Part shown: in pieces, positions 9,314 through 17,984 of the stretch | How positions within the stretch are numbered: the stretch's first letter is position 1 | Layout of the letters: every line of letters begins with the position of its first letter | Assembly: GCA_041483895.1 (NCBI GenBank) | Contig: JBGPGO010000006.1 | Span: forward strand, 128,001-192,000 | Direction of reading: 5' to 3' | Source: Fimbriimonadia bacterium | GTDB taxonomy: Bacteria > Armatimonadota > Fimbriimonadia > Fimbriimonadales > JABRVX01 | Length of the DNA stretch: 64,000 nt | Position numbers and translations under genes: made by a program | Notes under the pieces: model-generated | The model's input: only the letters and a program-made list of their open reading frames with translations | Database searches by the model: none | What the model was told of the DNA's origin: nothing

Positions 9314-9409
9314 GGCGCGCGATGGGTGGTCGGAAACAGTGAACCCCGACACATCTCGTTGAAACCCGGCGCTCGATGAGTGGTCGGAAACAGTGAACCC
9401 CGACACATC
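9314..9409. repeat. Two 42-bp direct repeats (family D, core TGGTCGGAAACAGTGAACCCCGACACATC)
   Basis: 9314-9355 and 9368-9409 differ at 2 positions; degenerate inverted copies near 9221 and 9292. Confidence 0.85.
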
Positions 9410-9410
9410 G

Positions 9411-9471
9411 CATAGGACATATAGGTCGTCTGGGTCCCATACGACCTATACGACCTATACGACCTATACGA
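9411..9471. repeat. 9-bp tandem repeat (CCTATACGA)n, family C
   Basis: Four units at 9436-9471 preceded by related CATAGGAC/ATAGGTC units. Confidence 0.85.
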
Positions 9472-9545
9472 CATCCGGGGCCGAGACCGGCAAGACCACC
9501 GCATGGCATCCCGGACCCGCCGACCGGGTACCCTTGTATCCCGCT

Positions 9546-10559
9546 ATGAACCTACTGTTCGGACAACCGCGCGTGGAACTGGTGCCATGGACGGAATGCA
9601 CCGTCGCCATCGGCCATTTCGACGGCGTGCATAAGGGCCACCAGGCGCTGATCGCGATGGCGGTGCAAGACGCGCGCGAACATGGCAGGCCGTGCGTCGT
9701 CGTCACGTTCGATCGCAACCCGCTGGAGGTCGTGGGGCGCGCAACGGACACCGCCAACCCCGTAGACGCGGGCCGGATAGCCGATACCCAGCCAACCACT
9801 GCCCACGAAGACCCGCGCCACTGCCCGCCCTATCTCTGCACCCTCGCGCAACGGCTGGAGCGGATTGCGCTTTCCGGCGCGGACCACACCCTCGTCTTGC
9901 CGTTCGATACGGCGCTGTCTCAAATCCACTGGATGGAATTTGCGAAGAGTCTGCTAAGAGATGGGCTGCACTGCCGGCACCTGGTCGCCGGGCACGACTT
10001 CCATTTCGGCCACGGTCGCGAGGGCAGCATCGCGCGCGTGCAGGAACATCGCGAGGAGCTGCAAATGGACGCCACCGCGATGGAGCCGGCGCTGGACAAT
10101 GGACACCGGGTCAGCAGCACGGATATCCGCGCGGCCCTTCTGGACGGAAAAGTGAGGCAAGCGGCGAGTTGGCTGGGCCGATACTACGAGCTGATCGGCG
10201 TGGTGATGCCGGGAGACGCCGTGGGCCGAACATTGGGTTACCCAACCGTCAACCTCTCCCTGCTCGCCCGGCTTGTGATTCCGGCGGACGGCGTGTACGC
10301 GGCATGGGCAAAGGTGGAAGCAACGCGATACGCCGCCGCGGTTTCTATTGGAAGCCGTCCCACGCTGGGAGATGGTCCCCGGTTGGTGGAGGCATTCTTG
10401 TTGGACTACGCGGGCGGCGATCTATATGGCAGAAACGTGACGCTGCAGTTCGTCGAGCGGATCCGAGAGCAAAGGCGGTACGAGACCCTGGAAGCGCTCA
10501 CCGGCCAGATCGAGCAGGATGTCCTCGACTGCGTGAAGGTTCTGGAAGCCAGCCCTTAG
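9546..10559 (+). CDS. ribF: Bifunctional riboflavin kinase/FAD synthetase with an in-frame ~24-aa insertion
   Basis: IGHFDGVHKGHQ, GHDFHFG, VSSTDIR, GRTLGYPTVN, GVYA, IGSRPT, VEAFLLD, IREQRRY motifs. Confidence 0.95.
   Translation: MNLLFGQPRVELVPWTECTVAIGHFDGVHKGHQALIAMAVQDAREHGRPCVVVTFDRNPLEVVGRATDTANPVDAGRIADTQPTTAHEDPRHCPPYLCTLAQRLERIALSGADHTLVLPFDTALSQIHWMEFAKSLLRDGLHCRHLVAGHDFHFGHGREGSIARVQEHREELQMDATAMEPALDNGHRVSSTDIRAALLDGKVRQAASWLGRYYELIGVVMPGDAVGRTLGYPTVNLSLLARLVIPADGVYAAWAKVEATRYAAAVSIGSRPTLGDGPRLVEAFLLDYAGGDLYGRNVTLQFVERIREQRRYETLEALTGQIEQDVLDCVKVLEASP
9762..9817 (+). repeat. Single arm of family H element inside the ribF coding sequence
   Basis: GTAGACGCGGGCCGGATAGCCGATACCC...ACCCGCG matches the arms at 5496, 5662(-), 61771 and 61937(-) in motif order and length. 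Confidence 0.8.
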
Positions 10560-11947
10560 AGCGTCGTCACCTTCAGAATCCATTTCGCGATCGTCTCCAA
10601 AGCCTGCGGCGCCATCGTCTCCTCAATCGTCGCGTACTCAGCGGGCGATCCGGTCTTCGCTGTTTGGAACAGATGATTCAGTTTGGGAAATTCCTTGATT
10701 GTGTAGTTGGTGTTTCCCCCGGACTTCAATGCCGTTTCGATGGCAGCCAAGTCCTCTTTGGGCGGGACCTGCAGGTCCAGTTCGCCGTTGATCGCCAGTA
10801 CCGGGCATTTCACTTTCTTCATGGTTGGAGCAGGATCATACGTCAAGAAATACCGGAACCAGGGCGAGCCTATGACGCGCGCCTGCGTTTCCACAGCGGT
10901 CTTCCGATCGGCGTCGCTCAGCGTTGGCGCTTGGAACTTTATGAGCGCTTCCAGTTTCTCACGGAGCGTCGCCTCATCCGCGCCCGCTTTCATGGCTTCG
11001 TACAAGGTGCTTGCGTTCTTTTCGTTCTCCTTGATTTTCTCTTCCGGCGCGCCGGCTGCCTTGGAAATAAGCGCGGTCTGCATCTTGAGAATCTGCTCGC
11101 CCGTAAGGCCGGTCCCGGCCATCAGAACGATGTAGGCAACATCCGCGGTTTTGACGGCCACCATGGGCGCGATCATGCCCCCCTCGCTGTGCCCGATCAG
11201 GCCGATTCGCTTTGGGTCGATATCTTTACGTGTCTTCAGGTATTCGACGCCCGCCAGCACATCAGTGGCAAAGTCGGCGGAAGTCGCCTTGTTGGGATCG
11301 CCCGTAGAACCGCCGACGCCGCGATCATCGACCCGAAGAACGGCGATGCCACGCCGCGTGAGATAGTCCGCGAGCACCAGGAACGGCTTGTGGCCCAGCA
11401 GCGATTCGTCGCGATCCTGCGCGCCCGAACCGGTTATCAGAAGCACGACGGGGAATTTGACATTGGTGTTGAGACGGGTGAATGTCCCCGCAATCTTGTT
11501 GCCCTGCGCCTTGTTCTCGTACGTCACATCTTCTTCGTGGTACGGGTATGGCTTTTTGGGCATCTGGGGACGCTTGAGTTCGGCGGGCTTATCCTTCTTA
11601 ACAATCGTGAGCGGCAGCGTCGTTCCCGCTTGCTTCCATTCGCCGACGATCTGCTTTTTGTCGTCGCTGATCTTGCCTTCGAATTTCGCCGACAGGGCTT
11701 TCATCTCGATAGTTACGGCGCCGTTCTCAATGGTGACGGAATCCGTCGGCAAACCCATCGCGCCCTGAGTGACGCTGTCCACCTTGCATGTGTACTTGCC
11801 ATCCTTTGAATCGATGTGGAATCCGAGCACCAACTTGGCGCCTCCAACATCGAGAGCACCTTCCCAGTATCCGGCAAGGTCGTCTGCCTTAGCCATCGGC
11901 TGGCATCCCAAACACAACGTCCCGATCAAGACCGCTATTCGCCACAT
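10556..11947 (-). CDS. Secreted alpha/beta-fold hydrolase (serine peptidase/esterase)
   Basis: Signal peptide; ITGSGAQDRDE, RVDDRGVGGS, GHSEGG nucleophile, DLQV, LNHLFQ. Confidence 0.9.
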   Translation of the reverse strand: MWRIAVLIGTLCLGCQPMAKADDLAGYWEGALDVGGAKLVLGFHIDSKDGKYTCKVDSVTQGAMGLPTDSVTIENGAVTIEMKALSAKFEGKISDDKKQIVGEWKQAGTTLPLTIVKKDKPAELKRPQMPKKPYPYHEEDVTYENKAQGNKIAGTFTRLNTNVKFPVVLLITGSGAQDRDESLLGHKPFLVLADYLTRRGIAVLRVDDRGVGGSTGDPNKATSADFATDVLAGVEYLKTRKDIDPKRIGLIGHSEGGMIAPMVAVKTADVAYIVLMAGTGLTGEQILKMQTALISKAAGAPEEKIKENEKNASTLYEAMKAGADEATLREKLEALIKFQAPTLSDADRKTAVETQARVIGSPWFRYFLTYDPAPTMKKVKCPVLAINGELDLQVPPKEDLAAIETALKSGGNTNYTIKEFPKLNHLFQTAKTGSPAEYATIEETMAPQALETIAKWILKVTTL

Positions 11948-12031
11948 TGCGCAACTCCTTCGTCATTGAATTCTAACGATAACTACTTGTGCCGACCACT
12001 GCCGCGTTGCAGAATAGGTCCCTGCACGAAC

Positions 12032-12376
12032 CTATCCCGGGGGCCAGTGCATCCGGCGCCCGCCCATCATATGCGCGTGCAGATGATCGACCGTCTGTCC
12101 CCCGTCTTCGTTTACATTGAACACGACCCGATACCCGTCCGCCGCGAACTCCTGCCTCCTCGCGACCTCGGCAACGGCAAGCATCATCTCCCCAATCAAC
12201 GATTGATCCTCCTCGGATGCCTTATCGAGGTTGATAATGTGCTTTCGCGGCACAACCAGGATATGATGCGGCGCCTTCGGATTGGTATCTTCAAATACCA
12301 TCGTGCCCTGGGTCTCATGAACGACCGTCGCCGGGATCTCCCCGTTGACAATTTTGCAGAATATGCAGTTGCTCAA
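12032..12376 (-). CDS. Histidine triad (HIT/HinT) nucleotide-binding protein
   Basis: CIFCKI, HILVVPRKH, GQTVDHLHAH..GG...WPPG. Confidence 0.93.
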   Translation of the reverse strand: MSNCIFCKIVNGEIPATVVHETQGTMVFEDTNPKAPHHILVVPRKHIINLDKASEEDQSLIGEMMLAVAEVARRQEFAADGYRVVFNVNEDGGQTVDHLHAHMMGGRRMHWPPG

Positions 12377-13698
12377 ACTCTCTCCTCCAATAGCGGCAGC
12401 CTCAGGGCCGTCTCAGAAACCACCTCACCGGCCACGCATGACATGTGCAGTTCATCCAGCCGGACCGTCACCAACTGGCCGCAGATGCTTTGGGGACCGG
12501 GGAACCGCACCTCGATGTAGTTGTCCGTAAAGCCACGCAACAGTCCGCCTCCGGGTACCGGCCCCTCCGCCAACACTCGCATTTCACGGCCCAAAAATTG
12601 GCGGCGGAATTCTGTGCCCGTTTCGGTCACCAATTCTGTGAGTCGCTTGCTGCGCTCGGCCTTGATATCCCCGTGCACCGGATCCCCCATTTTCTCCGCC
12701 GGGGTTCCGGGACGTGGGGAGTATCGGAACACATGGGCCGACAAATACCCGACCTGCCTCGCGACGTCTAACGTTTTTTCGAATCCTTCCTCATCTTCGG
12801 ATGGAAAACCGACCATGATGTCCGTCGTCAGCCCGACGCCGGGGATCATCGCTTTCGCGGCGAGACACAGATCGATGTAGTCTTGGCGCAGATACGGACG
12901 GTTCATGTCGCGCAGCACTCGGTCGTCGCCCGCCTGCAAGGGGATGTGCAGATGCGGACAGATTTTGCGCTCCCGACGCATGAGGTCCAACAGCTTCGGC
13001 GTCACCTGGGTCAGCTCGATGGAACTGATCCGGATGCGCTCCAATCCAATTGTGGCGGCCAGTTTTTCGATCAGGTCCGGCAGGTCCGGGCCACCGCTTC
13101 CATCGCGAGGACCGTAGTCGCCGATGAGAACGCCGGTCAAAACCACTTCCAGATATCCGCGATTGGCCAGCTTGCGCACTTCCTCCACAACCTCCTCCCA
13201 CGGGCGGCTGAACTGGTGGGGCCGCGTGTAGGGGATGGAGCAGTACGAACAGAAAATGTTGCATCCGTTCTGGAGCTTGACCGTCGCTCTGGTTCTGCCT
13301 GCGGGGCGCGCTTGATCGGCGGGCCTCGGTTCGCGCGCGGCGCGATCCCCGAATTCAGGAAATTCGGAGAACAGGTAGTCGAGGGTCAGCAGCTTATCTC
13401 TGTTGGGCACCACGAGGTCCGCAGCGGGAAAATCCTCTCCACGGCGCTTGGCCATTTCGCCCGCGCAGCCGGTTACGACCACTTTTGCGTCCGGGTTCTG
13501 CTTTGCGGCGCGGCGGGCGGTCTGGCGGGACTTGCTCTCCCCGGCCTGCGTCACGGAGCAGGTGTTGATGACGTACACATCCGCCCGATCGGTGAAGGGG
13601 ACGATTGCGAAACCGGCCTCCTCGAAGGATTCGAGAATCCGCTGGGTTTCGTACTGATTGACCTTGCAGCCGAGCGTTGTGAACGCCGCCGTAACCAT
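12373..13698 (-). CDS. mtaB: tRNA threonylcarbamoyladenosine methylthiotransferase (radical SAM)
   Basis: TLGCKVNQYET, INTCSVT, GCNIFCSYCSIP, RIRISSIE, YSPRPGT; C-terminal TRAM-like region. Confidence 0.9.
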   Translation of the reverse strand: MVTAAFTTLGCKVNQYETQRILESFEEAGFAIVPFTDRADVYVINTCSVTQAGESKSRQTARRAAKQNPDAKVVVTGCAGEMAKRRGEDFPAADLVVPNRDKLLTLDYLFSEFPEFGDRAAREPRPADQARPAGRTRATVKLQNGCNIFCSYCSIPYTRPHQFSRPWEEVVEEVRKLANRGYLEVVLTGVLIGDYGPRDGSGGPDLPDLIEKLAATIGLERIRISSIELTQVTPKLLDLMRRERKICPHLHIPLQAGDDRVLRDMNRPYLRQDYIDLCLAAKAMIPGVGLTTDIMVGFPSEDEEGFEKTLDVARQVGYLSAHVFRYSPRPGTPAEKMGDPVHGDIKAERSKRLTELVTETGTEFRRQFLGREMRVLAEGPVPGGGLLRGFTDNYIEVRFPGPQSICGQLVTVRLDELHMSCVAGEVVSETALRLPLLEERV

Positions 13699-13752
13699 AG
13701 CGCCGAATCTACCCCAAGCCCAATGAGCGACCATCGAGAGGTGTATTCCCGG

Positions 13753-13792
13753 CATAGGTCCTATATGTCCTATAGGTCTTATACGTCCTATG
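13753..13792. repeat. Degenerate 9-bp tandem repeat (CTATANGTC)n, family C
   Basis: CATAGGTC-CTATATGTC-CTATAGGTC-TTATACGTC-CTATG between divergent mtaB and lpxK. Confidence 0.75.
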
Positions 13793-13821
13793 ATTCCGCC
13801 ACGAGCAAGCCATAATGCGCT

Positions 13822-14862
13822 GTGGATTGGCCGGGGATATGGGACGGAAGGGGTGTGGGCGCGAGGGCGACAAGGGCGCTCCTCTGGCCGCTATCGCTGC
13901 TCTACGCACTGGGCTGGCGATGCTACGCCGGTTGGTACCGGCTCGGTTTCAAAAAGCGCCGGAAGCCGGACTTTCCGATCATCGGCATCGGCAGCCTGCT
14001 CGTCGGCGGCTCCGGCAAGACCCCCGCGACGATTGCGCTTGCAAAACTGCTTCTGTATGTTGGCTACCGTCCCGCGATCAGCTGCAGCGGGTATGGAGGC
14101 GACGGGCGGCTGCGTGTTTTGGAGCCAGGGGAGACCGCGCTGACGGAGCAGGTCGGTGACGAGGCCGTCGAAATCCGCGAGGCCTTGCCAACCGTTCCCA
14201 TCGTTGTCGGTCGTAATCGCCTTACCGCGGCGGAGCTGATCGCGGCAAGAGCGGATTGCCACGCGCTGATTTTGGATGACGGCTTTCAGCATCTTCCGTT
14301 GGCGCGCGACGTGGATTTCCTCGTAATGGACGCCGAGCGGCCATTCGGGAACGGGCTGTGCCTTCCGGCCGGGCCGCTTCGGGAGCCACGCTCCTTTTTC
14401 CGGCGGGCCCACGCCGTCTTGAGCGACCGGGACGTCGGCTTCCGCCTGACCTATCCCATGCAACGGCAGCCGGTCGAACTGCGCTCTTTGGCCGGTGAGC
14501 GGCAAGATCTGGAATGGCTCAAAGGTAAAAGCGTGACCGCCCTGAGCGCGCTCGGAAACCCCAGGCGATTTGAGGCCGCTCTGACCGAATTCGGAGCCAC
14601 GGTAACGCCTTGCAGATTTCCCGACCACCATCACTACCGCGCCGAAGACCTGCGGGGCCTGACCGAGCCGATTGTTACAACGGCGAAGGACGCCGTCAAA
14701 TTGCGGCCCCTGAAACCGGAAGCGGAGATTTGGGTGCTGATCGAAGAAGCCACGTTCCTCACTCCCGAGGAACTGATCGCCTTCCTTATCGATCGGACGC
14801 GAATGGACATGAGGATCGTTACTCCAGCCGAAAACACTCCCTCCCTGCCATTTAGGGGGTAG
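13822..14862 (+). CDS. lpxK: Tetraacyldisaccharide 4'-kinase
   Basis: IGSLLVGGSGKTP, GDEA, ILDDGFQH..LARDVD, LPAGPLRE, FPDHH.Y, TTAKDAVKL. Confidence 0.93.
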   Translation: MDWPGIWDGRGVGARATRALLWPLSLLYALGWRCYAGWYRLGFKKRRKPDFPIIGIGSLLVGGSGKTPATIALAKLLLYVGYRPAISCSGYGGDGRLRVLEPGETALTEQVGDEAVEIREALPTVPIVVGRNRLTAAELIAARADCHALILDDGFQHLPLARDVDFLVMDAERPFGNGLCLPAGPLREPRSFFRRAHAVLSDRDVGFRLTYPMQRQPVELRSLAGERQDLEWLKGKSVTALSALGNPRRFEAALTEFGATVTPCRFPDHHHYRAEDLRGLTEPIVTTAKDAVKLRPLKPEAEIWVLIEEATFLTPEELIAFLIDRTRMDMRIVTPAENTPSLPFRG

Positions 14863-14944
14863 AGGGAGGTTCGTGTCCGTTGACAATCATTGCTCAAATA
14901 TGCAAAGATTTAGGTTCAATTCCCCCTGCACGGAGAGATAGACA

Positions 14945-15742
14945 ATGCACTCTATGAAACTGCTCGTCGCCATAGTAACGGCGGCTGCGTTGGCGGGCGC
15001 CGGATCGCTCAACGCGTGTGAAAACTGTAAACTGAAGGCGAAAGGATTCTATTTTGGCGAGACCACGCTGCTCGGAAACGGCACGGTCTATTCCTGGGCG
15101 CGGATGGCCTCGAAGACGAAGCCAATCTCAGTGGGCGTTACCTTTACCGAAACCGCCCTCGAAGGTCTCCAAACCGAGCGGCCGCCAAACAACCCATTGA
15201 TGCCGGGATACGAACACCGTATGAACCTGCCGAAGGAGGCCGATGCCGTGGGCATCCAGGGCATCGCGGTGGATTGGAATCCAAAGGGCCACATCCCGCC
15301 CGGCGTGTATGATGTGCCTCATTTCGACTTCCACTTCTACACTGTGCCGACCGCACAGCGAGACAAGATCACTGCGGTCGGAACAGACAAGAAGAAATGT
15401 TTCAAGCCGATCGCCAAAGCGTATCAACCTGACCATTACATGCTGGCTCCTCAGTCCGAGGTGCCAACGATGGGTGTCCACTGGGTTGACGTGACCGCGC
15501 CGGAATTCAACGGCAAACCATTCACGTCCACCTTCATTTACGGCTCGTATAACGGCAAATGGATATTTTTTGAGCCGATGGTGAACAAGAGCTTTTTGGA
15601 GACGAAGCCGAATGTAGTGCTCCCGATCGTGCCCCTGAAGAAGGTCCAAAAGCACGCTTGGTATCCGACGAAGTACGTGGTCCGCTACAACGAAGAACGG
15701 AAAGAATATACGGTCGCCCTGACGGGGTTCGTCTACCGGTAG
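14945..15742 (+). CDS. Secreted TTHB210-like/DUF5602 domain protein
   Basis: WNPKGH.PPGVYDVPHFDFHFY, VPTMGVHW, FIYGSYNGK.IFFEPM; signal peptide. Confidence 0.75.
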   Translation: MHSMKLLVAIVTAAALAGAGSLNACENCKLKAKGFYFGETTLLGNGTVYSWARMASKTKPISVGVTFTETALEGLQTERPPNNPLMPGYEHRMNLPKEADAVGIQGIAVDWNPKGHIPPGVYDVPHFDFHFYTVPTAQRDKITAVGTDKKKCFKPIAKAYQPDHYMLAPQSEVPTMGVHWVDVTAPEFNGKPFTSTFIYGSYNGKWIFFEPMVNKSFLETKPNVVLPIVPLKKVQKHAWYPTKYVVRYNEERKEYTVALTGFVYR

Positions 15743-15834
15743 CGCAAAGGTATACTCCCCGCGGAGCCCCCCAATGACAGACTTCTCCGCTTCACAACCT
15801 GTCCGGTTCGACCGATTCCTACCGAGAAAATGGT

Positions 15835-16689
15835 ATGGCTCGTAGCACCTTTGGCAAGATCGGGATCGTTGGGCTGGGCCTCATCGGGGCCAGTCTGGGC
15901 CTTGCGCTCCGTAAGCGGGAGGTCGGCGAGGAGATTTTCGGCTTCGACATCGACCCGGAGCGCAGACAGAACGCGGAAGAGATTGGGGCGGTCAATACGA
16001 CGTGGGAGACCCTCAATCACCTGGCTGCCGCCGATATACTCGTTCTGGCGGTTCCGCCACCCAGCATAATCCCCTGTCTTTTGGAAGCCGATGTTTTCTG
16101 CAAGGACGGCTGCATCGTCACCGACACGAGCAGCGTCAAGGGCAGCATTCTTCAATGGACCAAGAGCTACCCGCTCAAGTTCCGGCCCCGATTTGTCGGC
16201 GGCCACCCCATGGTCGGCAGGGCGACCTCCGGGCCGGAAGAGGCGGACGCCGACCTGTTCGACGGAGGCACCTGGGTGTTCACCCCAACGGGCGATACGG
16301 ACAAGAAGGCGCTCGGTACCATGGAAAAGTTGGTCAGAGCGGTCGGTGGGCACCCGATACAGTTGTCGCCGGAAGAGCACGATCGGCATGCGGCGGTGCT
16401 TTCCCACGTCCCCCACGCCATCGCATCGATCCTCATTCGCATGAGCGCCATGCTGACCCATCCGGAGATGGCCGGATCGAGCTGGCAGGACCTGACCCGC
16501 GTGGCATCCAGCTCGCCGGACCTATGGCAGAGCATCTTCGCGAACAATCGCGACCAGGTCGTGTCGGCGTTGGAGGACCTTGAGTTTCACATTCACGAGA
16601 TGCGCGGGTTCCTGGAGCACAATGACGACCAGAAGATCCTGGAGCTGCTCAACGAATCGAAGCATCTGAAGGACGGGATCATCTCTTGA
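15835..16689 (+). CDS. tyrA: Prephenate/arogenate dehydrogenase
   Basis: GLGLIGAS, DTSSVK, GGHPMVG, HD...A.LSHVPH, DLTRVASS. Confidence 0.92.
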   Translation: MARSTFGKIGIVGLGLIGASLGLALRKREVGEEIFGFDIDPERRQNAEEIGAVNTTWETLNHLAAADILVLAVPPPSIIPCLLEADVFCKDGCIVTDTSSVKGSILQWTKSYPLKFRPRFVGGHPMVGRATSGPEEADADLFDGGTWVFTPTGDTDKKALGTMEKLVRAVGGHPIQLSPEEHDRHAAVLSHVPHAIASILIRMSAMLTHPEMAGSSWQDLTRVASSSPDLWQSIFANNRDQVVSALEDLEFHIHEMRGFLEHNDDQKILELLNESKHLKDGIIS

Positions 16690-17984
16690 CCAAAGCCTGG
16701 CGAGTGCGGCGCGGCGGGCCGCTTTCGGGCCGGGCCATTGTGCCGCCGGACAAGAGCATCTCCCACCGAGCGCTGATGCTCGGCGGGCTGGCGTCCGGCT
16801 CCACAGTGATTGAAAACCTCCTCGAAGGCGCTGACTGCCTGGCTACCGCGGCGATTCTTCGCCAGCTGGGAGTGACGGTCGAGCGAGCGGCGGAGGGACG
16901 CTGGCGAGTGGACGGCGGCGCCCTGCGGGAACCGACAACGATCCTCGATTGTGGCAATTCGGGAACCACGATGCGATTGATGGCCGGTATCTTGGCCGGC
17001 CAGCCGTTCCATTCCGTGCTCTCCGGTGATGAGTCATTGAATAGCCGTCCGATGCCGCGTGTGGGAAATCCGCTGCGGCAGATGGGCGCAACAATAGACG
17101 GCCGGGAAGACGGCAAGTTCGCGCCGCTGAGCATCCGAGGCGGCCGGCTGCATGGGATCGATACCAAGACGCCTGTCGCGAGCGCGCAGATCAAGTCCAG
17201 CATCCTGCTTGCCGGGCTTTTTGCCGACGGGGAAACGACGGTCACGGAACCCAGCCTCAGCCGGGATCACACGGAGCGGATGCTTCCGGCGTTCGGCGTC
17301 ACACTGGAACAAAAGGGCCTTTCGGCGACAGTCCAGGGCGGTGCAAAGCTGCAGGCCGGCTTCATTCAGATACCGGCGGACTTTTCTTCTGCCGCGTTCC
17401 CGCTTGTGGCGGCGCTGGTGATCCCGGATTCTCGGCTAGAATTGGTGGATGTGGGAACGAACTGGACGCGAGTCGGTTTCTTGGACTTGCTGCAATCTTC
17501 CGGCGCGAATATTCAGCGAGAAAAGGAGCGGGAACGGGCCGGGGAACCCGCGGCGGACTTGACCGCTCAAACGTCGAGCTTGACCGCCATGACCGCCGGC
17601 GGCGACCTGATACCGCGCATGATTGACGAGGTGCCGCTGTTCGCCGTTGCTGCAACTCAGTCGCACGGGGAAACCAGGCTTTCCGAAGCCGGCGAGCTGC
17701 GACTGAAGGAAAGCGACCGGCTGGAGACGATTCGAATGGAGCTGGGCCGGATGGGAGCCGCCATCGAGACCACGGAGGACGGCCTGATTATTCAGGGACC
17801 CACGTTCCTGACCGGAGCCATCGTCCACAGCCACGGCGACCACCGGATCGCCATGAGTCTGGCCATCGCGGGAATGATCGCCGACGGCGAAACGCTCGTC
17901 ACGGACGTTGAATGCGTTGATACCAGCTTCCCTGGGTTTGTGCAGCTGATGCGCGCCCTTGGGGCGGATATCGAGGAGGTCTGA
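16686..17984 (+). CDS. aroA: 3-phosphoshikimate 1-carboxyvinyltransferase (EPSP synthase)
   Basis: DKSISHR, DCGNSGTTMR, SAQIKS, RDHTERML, KESDR, GDHRIAM. Confidence 0.97.
   Translation: MTKAWRVRRGGPLSGRAIVPPDKSISHRALMLGGLASGSTVIENLLEGADCLATAAILRQLGVTVERAAEGRWRVDGGALREPTTILDCGNSGTTMRLMAGILAGQPFHSVLSGDESLNSRPMPRVGNPLRQMGATIDGREDGKFAPLSIRGGRLHGIDTKTPVASAQIKSSILLAGLFADGETTVTEPSLSRDHTERMLPAFGVTLEQKGLSATVQGGAKLQAGFIQIPADFSSAAFPLVAALVIPDSRLELVDVGTNWTRVGFLDLLQSSGANIQREKERERAGEPAADLTAQTSSLTAMTAGGDLIPRMIDEVPLFAVAATQSHGETRLSEAGELRLKESDRLETIRMELGRMGAAIETTEDGLIIQGPTFLTGAIVHSHGDHRIAMSLAIAGMIADGETLVTDVECVDTSFPGFVQLMRALGADIEEV

Noticed and set aside
9314..9409. Possible mini-CRISPR or FMN riboswitch upstream of ribF
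   Set aside because: Only two units with a 12-bp spacer plus inverted partners; no recognisable RFN consensus segments
9136..9545. N-terminal extensions of ORFs 7339..9504 and 9393..10559
   Set aside because: They are translations of repeat DNA (SYRSYR, TTYTTY, duplicated MCRGSLFPTTHRAP); better starts exist at 9135 and 9546
9692..11809. 705-aa plus-strand ORF
   Set aside because: Alternative-frame and antisense shadow of ribF and the hydrolase; no motifs; typical of high-GC DNA
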